Assembly: GCA_002811645.1 (NCBI GenBank)
Contig: PDIP01000032.1
Coordinates: 277,213 to 341,212 of the forward strand
Source of the DNA: Corallochytrium limacisporum Hawaii
Lineage: Eukaryota > Protista > Pluriformea
Length of the DNA stretch: 64,000 nucleotides
Direction of reading: 5' to 3'
Part shown: positions 9,534 to 21,198 of the stretch, piece after piece
Layout of the letters: each line of letters opens with the position of its first letter
Numbering within the stretch: the first letter of the stretch is position 1
Program-made: the position numbers and the translations under genes
The notes under the pieces: generated by a model
The model's input: the letters and a program-made list of their open reading frames with translations, nothing else
Database searches by the model: none
Told to the model about the DNA's origin: nothing

Positions 9534-12500
9534 TTTAATGTATACTATTTCTCTATCAGTCTGCCCTTGGGCAATCTCTATTTCATCCGTATGACATTAT
9601 GCGAACTTAAGTGAATCGCAACCCGTGCTCAAGTCCACAAAAATTCAACTAAAACTGACTGAATGGTCGCAAATGGTCGCAGACGCGGACAGAAGCCCGG
9701 AGGCTTTCATACCTCGTAGGAATGTGCAGAGATTGTCCCATAGAGCATCGTCGGAGAAAAAGAGAGAGTGTACAATAGCAAAATGACACTATCGCAGGCA
9801 TCTCATCGCTAGCTGAGTTCTATCTGTGAAGCCATCCTGGCGTGACTAGAATAATGCCTCTCCTCGGCCCTTGCCAAATCCTGCTCTGCATTGCTGGCGC
9901 GGTGCTGGCTGGCTGGCCCGCTGCTTCTTTCACTCCGCTGAACGTCGCGGGCCTTGCTGGCTAGGTGGTACACACACACCCAGTTTGGTGGTGGCCTTAT
10001 GCCTTTCCCAGTCTCTTTCGTTCCCGAACTGGAGACGCCCCCCTCCCCCCAGGGGCGGGAGGGGAACAAAAAAGGAGAGAGGGGAGCGGCAGCAAAAAAG
10101 TCCACCACAGCGGCGACAGCAAAAGGGAAAGCGCGTTTCCGCATGAAGGCGGCAGGAGCCGTTGGACAAGCGCGCGGCAATGCGAGGGTGAAGGAAGGAA
10201 GGACGCAAAAAAACACAAGGAGGCTGGAGGCGGTGTTATATAGCGCAGCTTTCCTAGGGAGGACGGCCTGATTGAAAGCGGTGGGGGTTACCAACGGAAA
10301 GCAAAGTGGGGAGACAGGTAGGGCAACGCGAAAGAGTTCAAGAAAGCGAGCAAAAGCTGAAATGGACGGTCGCAGTACTCAGCAAAGGGGTCGACCAGGT
10401 ACCAAAATTCATTAGAATCGTCAGCAGCCCAGGTTCTCGCCCAGTCCGTGTGATTCCGTGTGGAGGTCATCGGGGCTGGTATTTAAGTACTGTTGGTCCG
10501 GGCCCCGATCGAACCGCCCCTACCACCAGTACAATATCTGTTGTGCTTGTGTTATTGGAAATAAAGTTCACAAGGCTGGAACCCAGCACCTGCGATCCCG
10601 TCGTTGGCCGTGCCTGCGTTATACGCCCCTTGCGCCCTCCGTTTTGAGCATGCATCGGACGTTGTCGTCGCATGCATCCCGACGGACACCAAACACAGTT
10701 CGCTGTGGTATCTGTAATCAACGTGATCATGCTTGATATCCTTTGGACCAAGATAGCGAACGGAGGGTGTAACGAATGATGAATCGGTAGCGGGCATCAG
10801 GTCCAGCACCGCAGAGTACGCCGACGTCCCCCGGCCCAGCTGTTGCGCTGTCGCGGGCTGAGGGGAGTGTCCAGCACAAACCCTCCCCCCCCCCTTCCCC
10901 AAAACCTGTTGGCAATTTTTTCTGTGCGCGCCAATGTATTCCATTCCCTTTCGCTGTCCTTCCTCACTTTTGTTACACCCAGCGGTCCTCTCCACAGATC
11001 GGGAGGCATAACGACGGTGGAAGAGCAGAACGGAGAAGGGGCAACCGGGGTGGCAACTATACATATCGAAATCACTAAGGCATCTCCGGTATAGAGAATC
11101 ATAGTCTTCGAGTTCCGGAAACTTTCGTTCTATGGCTTATTACATTTTAGCTATTCATTCGGAGACCAGAAATCGGTGTTGCAAACCAAACGTTTGGTCC
11201 CCCGAAGCAAAGCGAATCTCATATATATAATATCACTCTGGCCTGAAATGGACACGCCCAGGCCCAATAGAGGAGGGGTTGATGAACGTCCCAGTGTTCT
11301 GCGTTTCTCTGGACCTTAACAGACTGACTGCAAAAAAATAGTCGCTGTCGAGGTCCCAGTTAAAAGGGTAGCCCAGCAGCAAACAAAACCACTGCCCGCC
11401 CAAGCATTGGACAACGAGCTTGAGCCAAAATGAAACCAGCCGAAACGTCCGAAACTACTCCAATACGCACGGCTTTGACAGGCAGATATGGCATTCAACC
11501 TCGGGGCGTGCCTAACGTTCAGTACCGAGGAGGGGGGTGGGGAGGTGCACCGTTGGTGGAGAGCAAAAAAAGGCACCGAACGGGCTACGAATGGGGCTCA
11601 CACTGGGGTGCGAAATCTGGTGATGAATTCACATAGGAGCGATAATCTCGGTCGTACATTCAAAACTAAAAGTGGCCGCCCAACCGGGGCGACCCGAGTC
11701 ACTCTGAGCAAAGATTTACCGCACGGCAGGGGTCCACTGAGTGAAAAATCGATGACTCTTAGCTCTTTTGGTTCACTTACTATGTCGGTCCGGGAGCGCG
11801 GGAGAAATAAAGGGAACCAGAGATCCTTCTTGCCCGGTAGCCAGGTCGGTAGACCTTGCATCGACACACACAATTCACACCACTTCCGTGGCGTGTGCTA
11901 CAACGAAGCATCACAGGAAAGCATGCTCCAGCCTTTGGTAAGGAACCAGCCTTGGCCAGACCGTAACCGGTTCCAATCCTTCGTCTACGATGTTCAAGGT
12001 CCCGAGTATTCGATCTAAACGCTCTACGGCAGTGGGTGCGAGAAAGGATAGCTGCGCTTTGTTTTGGTGAATGAATTGACGCAATGCTCGTACAAACCAG
12101 GTGCACATCAGTGCGTTTAAAGCCCGATCCCTTCGGTTTAGATTGGGGGTGGTCGTGTCGTATCATTCGAGTATAAATTTGACTCCCGTATTGGATGATA
12201 GCTTTAGGGCCCACGAAGGGGTGCGGCTTGCTCAAGGCCAAAGGGGTTGAATCACACTGTGCCACAGATTCAGTAAGCCTCCATCGATTTGCCATGTCTG
12301 TAGATGGTCCATGATGACGGTGAGTAGAGAATTACAGTCAGTGGACAAGGCAACGAGGAAGCTGAATACAGATGAATGTACCAGAGCCGACGAATTGGGC
12401 ATCGGGGTTCCCCCTACCAAAAAAGCCTGTTCGGACCGCGCGAATCTGTCGTTGCTCCTTCCGAATATTTGGCTGGACTCCTTCCTTCTGTGCTGCCGGG

Positions 12501-12955
12501 TCCCTATAATGTTGTGTTCTTTGACTCATGTTTGGTACATTCAATACTAAAAATTCAACATACCTTGTGGCTCGCCATATCTTTTGTTTTGGGTTCTGCC
12601 GCTTCCTCAAGAATTGAGCGAAGGTAGCGCAAGGGCGGCGGTCCCTACAGACCCCGTGTGCGGGGTGGCTGAACGTGGCTGTTTACGTGTGTCATTGCTC
12701 AGAATAAATTCAGCCAGCAACGGAGTTGCCATTTCGATTTACCGGGCATGTGCACTTTGCAACATAAAAGGGACTGCCGCCTACCACTTTATTTGGACTC
12801 CATTGAGCATGTGTCCTAAACGTGGTTGGACGAGTCTGCGTATTTCAGGAAAGCTTCCAATCGAAATACTGTGTTAGCTCTAGTCTTTGTGTATGCGAGA
12901 TCATTTAAAAGTGCGGACTGGACTCAGGATCTCGCAACTACAGAACGACACAACC

Positions 12956-13983
12956 ATGACGGACGCCCAGAAGAAATGGGACCGCGATGGTAATTGTTAT
13001 ATTGACCTGGTAAGTACAGCGATGACACCACGTATGCAAGGCTATTTATCGGCAAAAATTATGCCTTAAAAGTACGACGGTAACTGAGTACTAACTTCAC
13101 ATTTCTAAACTTCTTTCTGTTTCTTTGTTTATCTCTACAGAGCTTTGGTGTTCTTGGCGAGGGTACGTACGCTACGGTATACAAGGGATACTGGAAGGAT
13201 GGCAAGAAGGAGCTGGCCATCAAAGTCCTTAAGGACAAGCAGATGACCCAACAGGGTGTCAAAGACTTCGAAAATGAAGCCCGGTTCCTGAAGGCCCTGA
13301 AGCACCCTAACATTGTACAATGCTACGGAATGGCAATTTTTATTCAAGATGAGCAGCGTAACCTTTGGAATTACGGTTTGGTGATGGAATTCCTACCCGC
13401 GGGTTGTCTCTATGACCGACTGAATGGTGAAGACATGTATGTTGAGTACACACACCAGCAGGTCGATCGCATGATTCTTGATATTGCCAAGGCTCTTCAT
13501 TTCCTGCACACCCGCGAACCTAAGCACATTGTTCACATGGATATGAAGCCTGAGAACGTCTTGGTCAAGGTCGAAGCTGACGGTCAGTACACATTGAAAC
13601 TGAGTGATTTCGGTGTCTCCCGCATGAAGGAGCACACGAAGCAGCCTCTGACCCGGGCAGCTCGCCCTACGCCCTACTATCGGGCACCGGAGTCAATTAT
13701 CAACGACCATAACTACACCCGCAGGTCGGACATCTATTCGGTTGGTATCATCTGGAATGAAATTTACACTCGTGAGGACCCATTCCCGGCAGACAAACTG
13801 GATGCCTTCTTCCGAAAGATTGTGAACGGAGCCCAGCCTCGGTTATCGGAGCGTCTGACGGATGATCGCAAAGCCGTGGTTATGCGATGCATCGATCACA
13901 ATCCCGAAAACCGTCCTCACGCGGATGAATTAATTGCCGCCATGGAGCAGATCATTGCCAAGGGCTACGCAGGACTTGATTGA
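12956..13983 (+). CDS. Small TKL-like non-RD protein kinase, two exons (12956-13009, 13141-13983), about 298 aa
   Basis: Exon 1 MTDAQKKWDRDGNCYIDL splices in phase 0 to SFGVLGEGTYATVYKG...LAIK, in frame with the 13243 ORF. Motifs HMDMKPEN, DFG, YRAPE, SDIYSVG. Confidence 0.9.
13010..13140 (+). other. Spliceosomal intron, 131 nt
   Basis: Donor GTAAGT at 13010, branch point TACTAAC at 13089-13095, pyrimidine tract, acceptor CTACAG ending at 13140. Splicing provides an ATG upstream of the Gly-rich loop. Confidence 0.9.
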
Positions 13984-14617
13984 GATAGATCATGGCCCAC
14001 TGTAACGTACAATACGCACACCTTGTTGTAATCTCTTGTTCACAAGCGAGAAAAGCATCCTACTATATCGTATTAAAATTGAATAAAACATATCACCCCT
14101 TACGGACGCGTGCATTACATCTGCCAGCTGCATGATCAAGGTTCCGGCCGGAGCGTAGGGGATGTCGCCTCCCTGATCCTACTGAAAAGCTAGGAGCGGG
14201 GCTATTGTGCAGGAACAGTGGGTCAATCCGTTCGGATGCCGACACAGTGCCCTTCCCAAGTGATTTGGAACCTCTCTACAGACGGTTCATTCACTATAAG
14301 ATGGGCCAGACCCGCATCGAGGGGTCATAATTTCCCCCGATATTTTTTTCTTCTGCACTGCCGCAGTCTTTTTTCCCCAATCGCTGCGGTAGCGAATGTT
14401 CAGTCACTTCAGCGCTAACTAAAGGCTTGCAACTGCCCCTCTCTGCCGGTTGTGCAACGGAGAGCAGTCTGAAAGTCGGGGGAAGAGGGGGGAGGGGACG
14501 TCATGCGTTACTCGATTTCCAATGGAAAGTTGTGGGAGTATAGAGATAGGGGGCCTACGCAGAGCCGCCTATAAGCTGGTGGGGGTGTGTCACGGTGCCG
14601 GCCCCCGGGGGGGGGGG

Positions 14618-14825
14618 NNNNNNNNNNNNNNNNNNNNNNNNNNNNNNNNNNNNNNNNNNNNNNNNNNNNNNNNNNNNNNNNNNNNNNNNNNNNNNNNNNN
14701 NNNNNNNNNNNNNNNNNNNNNNNNNNNNNNNNNNNNNNNNNNNNNNNNNNNNNNNNNNNNNNNNNNNNNNNNNNNNNNNNNNNNNNNNNNNNNNNNNNNN
14801 NNNNNNNNNNNNNNNNNNNNNNNNN
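14618..14825. other. Assembly gap (N-run)
   Basis: Run of N preceded by a poly-G tract. Confidence 0.98.
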
Positions 14826-15029
14826 GGGTTGGGTTGCCCTTTACCTGCGAGCGCATAATATTTTCCTCTCGCCGCCGTACCAGTGCTGAGCAGCGCAGGA
14901 CTGGGGCGAGCCTGCGGAAGAGCCAGACCCGTGGGTATTTTAGGATCCGAGGGGTTTGATTGCAATCCATGGTCCGGACAACTTTGGGTCAAATATTCTT
15001 ATATAGACCAACAGCTTACGCATGAAGAC

Positions 15030-15329
15030 ATGTCGCCGGGAGTGAGCAATACAGACGGATTAGCGAAGAGGAAACTCTCGCAGTTCTCAACAGGAGCAGA
15101 CCAGGAACGGGAAGAGACTGGAGACACCCAGGAAAAGATCGCAACAGAGGCAATTTTGAATGCACAGGCAATCGCAGAAGATGAGCCATGGGAACGCCGT
15201 CAGGTGGAGGAATTCGTTGAGGCAGTAGAAGCTTCGCGGGGAAAGGTGAGGCAGTTTGACTTCGAGTCTCTTGTTCCAGTCTTGATATTTGTCATAGTTG
15301 CAGGCCTGTACAAATTGCTGTTTGGATGA
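15030..15329 (+). CDS. Hypothetical 99-aa tail-anchored membrane protein
   Basis: ATG at 15030 about 25 nt after a TATA-like TTATATAG. Charged helical body and a single C-terminal TM helix (LVPVLIFVIVAGLYKLLFG). AT-rich 3' region. Confidence 0.6.
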   Translation: MSPGVSNTDGLAKRKLSQFSTGADQEREETGDTQEKIATEAILNAQAIAEDEPWERRQVEEFVEAVEASRGKVRQFDFESLVPVLIFVIVAGLYKLLFG

Positions 15330-15435
15330 ACTGGAATGTAACTTAATATATATATATAGCATGATAAATGATATAAATTTAGAGTGGGAAATGTACGGTA
15401 AAAATGCCTGAAATGTCAATGGGAAGCTATGAATG

Positions 15436-17292
15436 TTACAGTTCAGGCTCAATACAAGCTTGGCTATCGGTGGTCTTGACCGTCGGGTCAAGAGAAGCAA
15501 CATCAGAGAGAGTATTACTGGGGTCGACGTGGTTCGTCTTGCAGTGCTTCTCACAACATGATCTGGCAAATGCACCTCCCAATTCTACCAAAGTCTGGGC
15601 GTTGCAGATGATGGAGACAACCATGACCAGCCCAAAGTTACTCAAATCTTCGGGGTCTACTAGAGCCAGCAGACCACAAACCAGGCCTGTGATGAAGCGA
15701 CCGCCAAGGCGGATAATCCGAGCCCGTTTTTGCCCAAAAGCCTTATCCTGGGACTCATGCGACCATGCCATTACTAGTAATGTGGCAAACACCACAGCAA
15801 TGCTGACACAATACACAGTGCGCACTGGGGTGTAATTAGGCTCAGTGCCGGCGCCACCTTCTTCAGCTGCTGCACGGCGGTTGAGTCCACCATTTCCACC
15901 GTACGTCTCCTCAGCATCGACCAAGAAGCCTAGGGCAGCGCCGCCACTGATAGCTGCACCGTGTAAAAAGAAATGAGCGTAGTTCCAAATGAGGGCAGTA
16001 TGTGTAGACTTGCGGAGAGCATGAGTATATACTTGACTGGCATCCGCATCGAAGTAGATGTACTGAATGCTGAAAGCCGTGAGCAAGCCAAGAGCGGCCA
16101 TAGCAAAGGCGCGGTCTGGAGTGCTGCTGCTAGCAACGTAGAGGACAGCCACAATAGTTTCTCCCAGGGCAATAATGGTCATGAGGCCATTGCGTTCAAC
16201 GTGATGCTCCAGACGAAGTGCAGGGCGGATATCAGTCTTCACCCATGCTCTAAACCCCATGCGGATGGCAAGCACGCCCAGAATATCGTAACTGACGGCT
16301 ACCCACAGAATCGCTTGGATCACATCAAAATCACCGTCACCAACGCAAACAAGGGCATAGAGCGTTCCTCCCAATAAATTTTGCACGACCAGGGTCACCA
16401 GCCACTTCTGAATCTCTGGCAAGAAGAAACAGTAGGTAAAGAAGAGTAGTGCAAACAGAAAGCGACTCAAAGCTACAAACACGGCAAAACCATTTGCAGT
16501 CACGCCGAACGCACCTTCGGCCATCACACCCATACCCACCAGGGTCAACATCAGCAGATATAGGAAGCTCTTGAAGTAAAAATCGTTCGGGCTGAATTGG
16601 TTCATGATCAGATGAGTCTCAGCCCATGTCTTCCATACAGCCGCAAACGTAATAAAGTACTGCTCAAATCCGCGACCGCTGGCGTTATAGGCAAAATGAT
16701 GCCCAATGACAGCAAACACTGCAACAAAGATCAGATCAAAGAACAGCTCGTCCCAATTGGCCTTTCCTTCACGGAAACTACGAACAAGTTTACCATCCTT
16801 GAAATACTGTTGCAGACGAGGCTTGGAGAAAAACGTGCGTAGGGACGTCTCTTGTTCATCTTCCTCCATCTCTTCAATTTCAACCGCACCAAACTTCAAG
16901 ATTTCCCGCTTCTTTTCTTCCACATGCCTGTTCTTCTCTGTCTCCATTTCCTCCCGCTCAGACTGGGCCCGTTCAAGATCTTCCTGCAACTGCAGTGCCT
17001 CCTGCTCTCGTCGCTCACGTTCCAAGTGCATTTCCTTGAGACGCGCTTTCAAGTACTTGATATGTTCCGCTGAGCCCATGATACATACAGCCTCTGCGTC
17101 TGGTGTCGTGAGACCATTACGCACGCTCTGTAGAATCATTCGCTCTTCTTTAATCTTTTCTTGTTCATTTTCAACTACATGAATTCGTGTAGTTCCGACT
17201 TTGAAATCCTTAGATGCCTTGGCCCGCCATCTACTTGCGGCCTTGACCGCAGCATTTGCTGCAAAGGCCTTTTGCGCCAGCGAGTCAGCCAT
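15436..17292 (-). CDS. ltrA: LtrA (low temperature requirement A) family multi-pass membrane protein with N-terminal coiled coil
   Basis: Family motifs WDELFFDLIFVAVF, EHHVERNGLMTIIALGETI, YIYFD and WNYAHFFLH. About 11-12 hydrophobic segments. E/K/R-rich coiled coil at about aa 75-135. Confidence 0.85.
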   Translation of the reverse strand: MADSLAQKAFAANAAVKAASRWRAKASKDFKVGTTRIHVVENEQEKIKEERMILQSVRNGLTTPDAEAVCIMGSAEHIKYLKARLKEMHLERERREQEALQLQEDLERAQSEREEMETEKNRHVEEKKREILKFGAVEIEEMEEDEQETSLRTFFSKPRLQQYFKDGKLVRSFREGKANWDELFFDLIFVAVFAVIGHHFAYNASGRGFEQYFITFAAVWKTWAETHLIMNQFSPNDFYFKSFLYLLMLTLVGMGVMAEGAFGVTANGFAVFVALSRFLFALLFFTYCFFLPEIQKWLVTLVVQNLLGGTLYALVCVGDGDFDVIQAILWVAVSYDILGVLAIRMGFRAWVKTDIRPALRLEHHVERNGLMTIIALGETIVAVLYVASSSTPDRAFAMAALGLLTAFSIQYIYFDADASQVYTHALRKSTHTALIWNYAHFFLHGAAISGGAALGFLVDAEETYGGNGGLNRRAAAEEGGAGTEPNYTPVRTVYCVSIAVVFATLLVMAWSHESQDKAFGQKRARIIRLGGRFITGLVCGLLALVDPEDLSNFGLVMVVSIICNAQTLVELGGAFARSCCEKHCKTNHVDPSNTLSDVASLDPTVKTTDSQACIEPEL

Positions 17293-19124
17293 GATTCCAC
17301 TGCAGTGTGATCGACACAGTGAGAGTAATACTGGTTTGAATAGGCTACTTCCGTTCTTCTAATACTATTGTATTCTATACCTACCGCAGCACCGAATTCT
17401 CAGGATCATGACACCATCTACCCAGCCATGTAAGGAGACCTTGGACACCAACTCTGGCTCCACACTCACTCCCCTTGGCCACCTTGGAACGGCGTCGCAG
17501 AAGTGACAGGTCTGGGTGATTGGAGGAACCAATGCTCCATACCATTTTTTCCTGCTAACTCTCCCCACAGCCATATGGAGAGATAGACGTCATTCTGCGC
17601 TTGTCCCTTCAAGTCCTGGGTGTTAGCGATCGCTGAGCCACAGAGACCAGCTTCTCCTTTCGGGCCCGAGAGCGTAAGGGAAAAAAGTATGTCTCGGACC
17701 ATGCACTGCGGCAGGACAGAGGAAGAAGTCGTATGCACGCTCCAACACATGGACAAAATTTTCCTCAGTTTCAGTATAGAATGGGCTAGTCCGCGACGAT
17801 CCGATAAGCTTGAAATCCTCTGAGATGCGAAACCTGTGCTGCTTGTGATCAGCCACACCGAAACCCGCCTTTTTCCACCCATTTTCAAAGAATTTTCCTG
17901 GCGTTCCCCTCCCCCAATCGAATTTTGCTACGCAACGTGCATAGAAAAGCTTCCCACCCAAAGCCGTAGAACGAACATTGTGTGCCCAAATTGAGCGGAT
18001 ACTGGCACCTGGTGGCTGGTAAGGGGGGAGGGGAATTAGTGGCTGATGAAAAAGCCGGAAAGGAAGGTAGGCCTAACACAAGCGATGTTCCATAGTCACA
18101 GCGGCGCGCCGCACGCACCCCTCACAGAAAGTTACACTCCCAAACAATTTCTGTTTTATCCCCTATTGTCTGCGTGCAAACGAGAATGGAGCCAGAGGTA
18201 CGTTGAGAATGAAGAGTTTCTGTCAGCCACAGAGTGTGCGTGTCTATTCGCGTGATCTGTGCGACAGGCGCCAATCCTTCGAAGAAAATTTTTTAGGCCT
18301 CTCCTGAGGACTAACGTTCCTTAAGAACCCCACCTGGCCAGACCCATTTGACGAGACAGGCACACAGTCCGGAAAATTCAGGGAACGTCCACTATGTAAT
18401 GTTTAGGAAGAGGAGCTCATAAACGAGTAATGGCCTGGAATCAAGCAGAGAATGATCACTATAGCAGCACCGATCAACACATCGAGAATACGAGGGGCAC
18501 CCAGTGAACTCTTCAAGCGAATTAACAAGTATTACCTGTAGGTTAACAATGAAAACACATCTACCATTCAAGATGGTGCCATCAAACGTTTCGACCATTC
18601 GCGTCTGCCGTGCCTCGCTGGCTCCTTCCCTGCTAGCCTGACCGTACCCGGACCTACCCACCTATTCCCCTTTTACCAAACACGAAGGGAAAATTTGATA
18701 TTAAAACTGATAGACCTAACTCACAAGCCAATCATTAGTTTGGATTCACATGGACTGTAATTTATCTTCGCGAATCGGCTCTAGATTTGGTGGTAAGAAC
18801 CGCACGCAGTATGTTTGTACTAGAAGCATCCACGGCGGTGCTTGTAGGAGGGGGGGGTTGGCACTCGGCGGTGCGCTCAAAATCCTACGCGAGCAAAGTC
18901 CTGTCGTACGCCAAGAGAAGGTTCAAGAAGGTAAGAAGGGCGGTAGGATCAGCAAATGAGCACTTGCGAATTCTGTAGTCAGCTCCATGATGCTTGCGTG
19001 CACGGTGGAAGAGCACGCAGTTCGAATAGCAATGGAAGACAACAAGATCAATTTGAACAATGAGATAATGTTTTAGAAAAATAAGTTACCTAAATAACTG
19101 TAACGGTTAATATATTTTTTCACC

Positions 19125-20558
19125 ATGACGTCGGTCGTGCACTACCGATTCAAGTCCATGAAGGACTACAGCTCTGTTCGCTTCGACGGCCCTTTCATTT
19201 ATGTCTCTGATCTGAAACGGGCTATTGTCGAGCAGAAACAACTTGGAGCTGCCACTGACCAAGGTCTGGAAATTACAAATGAATCAACAGAAGAAGTGTA
19301 TGAACGTGACCGAGACAAAGTTCCTAGAAACACGTCCGTCATTGTTCGTCGTATTACAGTTCATAATCGCAACCACTCTTTAGCGGCCTATGCACCAAGT
19401 GGAACATCCACGGTCACGGACACGAGGACTATGGGTGCCGCTTCCGGCATGGGAGGAAATGCCTCTGCGACAGCACCGCAAATGGGCCAGGTTTCGAAGG
19501 GCGTGCTTCAGGTCGCAACCAGAGCTCCACAACAGATGGGAAAGGAAATGAGTGAAGAAGAACGCATTGCTGCTGTCATGGGCCAAGCCTCACAGCAGTA
19601 TGGCGCACCTACATTGGCCGATCGCCAACGCCTCACAGGACAGCAAAGATATCAACTTCAACAACAAAACAGGCGACGCATCCAAGATCCTAGTGTACCG
19701 CCGCCAGACAATTACACATGCTACCGTTGCGGTGAAAAGGGCCATTGGATTCAGTTTTGCCCAACACATGGAGACGAAAACTACTCTAAGCAGGCAAAAG
19801 CCAAGAAACCATTGGGTATTCCCACCAGTTTCCTTGCAAAGGTTGATGATGATAAGAAAGACGATACCCTCACATTCCGTATGAGTGATGGCACTGTTAC
19901 AGCGGCGTCCATTGCACTCACCCATGTTGCCCGCAGTGGCGGTGTGAAGAAGTACGAGGGACCAATCCCGGAAGAATTGAAGTGCCCCATTTGCGGAAAA
20001 GCCTTCCGTGAAGCGTCCATGACTGGCTGTTGCCACAAAACTTACTGTGATGATTGTATTCGTAATAAGTTGCTAGACAATGGAATGGTATGTCCGAATT
20101 GTAGTACTCCTAACCAGGGACCTGATACTCTGGAGCCTGATCATGAGGCCAGAGGAGCGGTTGTCAAGTTGGAATTGGGCAGATACAATGGCGAATTGGC
20201 TGATCGATTGAAGAAGGACGGAGCTGCCGGCACAGTTTCCAATGAGAATGGAGACCAGAACGGATTATCTCCCCCCGATCGTGACGAGGACGCCATGAGC
20301 GGTCAGTCTCCCGCGGTCGATGAGAAAGAGGTCGCACCGCCTTCTGCAGACGTGATTGATGTCTTTGATGTACAATCCAAGGTGTTCAATTGCAGCTTCC
20401 AGCAGGCAAAGTTCATCTTGAACCCTGAACAATTCCATTTCTGGAAGCAGTACATCAGAAAAGAGTTCAACAAGCAGCGTGGTGGAGATGGCAGGCGTCG
20501 CTACCGTGATGATCGCGACGGTGGGCGTGGAGGATATGAAAAGCGCAGACGCTACTAA
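19125..20558 (+). CDS. MPE1: MPE1/RBBP6 cleavage-polyadenylation factor (DWNN, zinc knuckle, RING)
   Basis: DWNN domain VHYRFKS...VPRNTSVIVRR; zinc knuckle YTCYRCGEKGHWIQFCPT; GIPTSFL; RING CPIC...CCHKTYCDDCI...CPNC. Confidence 0.95.
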   Translation: MTSVVHYRFKSMKDYSSVRFDGPFIYVSDLKRAIVEQKQLGAATDQGLEITNESTEEVYERDRDKVPRNTSVIVRRITVHNRNHSLAAYAPSGTSTVTDTRTMGAASGMGGNASATAPQMGQVSKGVLQVATRAPQQMGKEMSEEERIAAVMGQASQQYGAPTLADRQRLTGQQRYQLQQQNRRRIQDPSVPPPDNYTCYRCGEKGHWIQFCPTHGDENYSKQAKAKKPLGIPTSFLAKVDDDKKDDTLTFRMSDGTVTAASIALTHVARSGGVKKYEGPIPEELKCPICGKAFREASMTGCCHKTYCDDCIRNKLLDNGMVCPNCSTPNQGPDTLEPDHEARGAVVKLELGRYNGELADRLKKDGAAGTVSNENGDQNGLSPPDRDEDAMSGQSPAVDEKEVAPPSADVIDVFDVQSKVFNCSFQQAKFILNPEQFHFWKQYIRKEFNKQRGGDGRRRYRDDRDGGRGGYEKRRRY

Positions 20559-20742
20559 TCTGGGATATCTGTATATTATAGAGTATGTATTATAATGATG
20601 GTTCATACTTTGTGCTTCCTGGATAGCGGAGCAACATGTAATTCGTATTCAGATTTGCTTATGCCAATGTTGTCAATCCAGCCATAAATAAAATTCTATG
20701 AGAATATGATATGTCCAATATTAGTGCATGTTGTTTGCGTTT

Positions 20743-21198
20743 TCAATACCGTGAGATTCCAAAGATCCGCACCTTGTGCATCTGGGGGAGCTTTGCAACA
20801 ATAGCTATCAGGCTTGAGACTGCATTGATCCAGAATGGTATGTCATTCTCCGTGTAGTGGTTTGCTATGAAGAACAGCACGATAGGTACCGCCGTGAAGA
20901 ATTTGCGAGTGTCTGTAAACTGCTGCTCGTCGTCAATTTGTTCCCAGGTTGTCAGCCGAGCATATTTCCCGTGATCTTCGCCGAAGGGTGACCCCTTGAC
21001 GAAGTGCAGAACTCCTAATGTAACCACATTGTGAAGAAGATTGGTGATGCACCAAATCCATTCCACAGTCAGGAATGGGAAAACGATAGCAATGACAATC
21101 CGAAGAACAACGATGACCAAAATGTAAGTGAACCAAGCACCCCGAGCGTGCAGCCATGCCTCATTCGGGTTGGCAAAGGTTTCCGGTGCCGGCACCAT
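20743..21198 (-). CDS. ORMDL: ORMDL/ORM1 sphingolipid biosynthesis regulator
   Basis: NPNEAWLHARGAW, LHFVKGSPF, LTTWEQIDDEQQFTDTRKF, KLPQMHKVRIFGI. Confidence 0.96.
   Translation of the reverse strand: MVPAPETFANPNEAWLHARGAWFTYILVIVVLRIVIAIVFPFLTVEWIWCITNLLHNVVTLGVLHFVKGSPFGEDHGKYARLTTWEQIDDEQQFTDTRKFFTAVPIVLFFIANHYTENDIPFWINAVSSLIAIVAKLPQMHKVRIFGISRY

Noticed and set aside
10500-10522. GGTTCGATC T-loop-like word on the minus strand
   Set aside because: The flanks do not form a T-stem or cloverleaf.
9809-12877. Overlapping 60-176-codon ORFs between the two kinases
   Set aside because: Mutually overlapping, often non-ATG starts, no domain or coding-like composition.
13243-13983. ORF-track start of the small kinase
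   Set aside because: It omits the Gly-rich loop and the AIK lysine. The spliced model from 12956 includes them.
14450-14992. ORFs spanning the N-run (likewise at 54593-55155 and 56320-57015)
   Set aside because: They are open only because N codons contain no stops.
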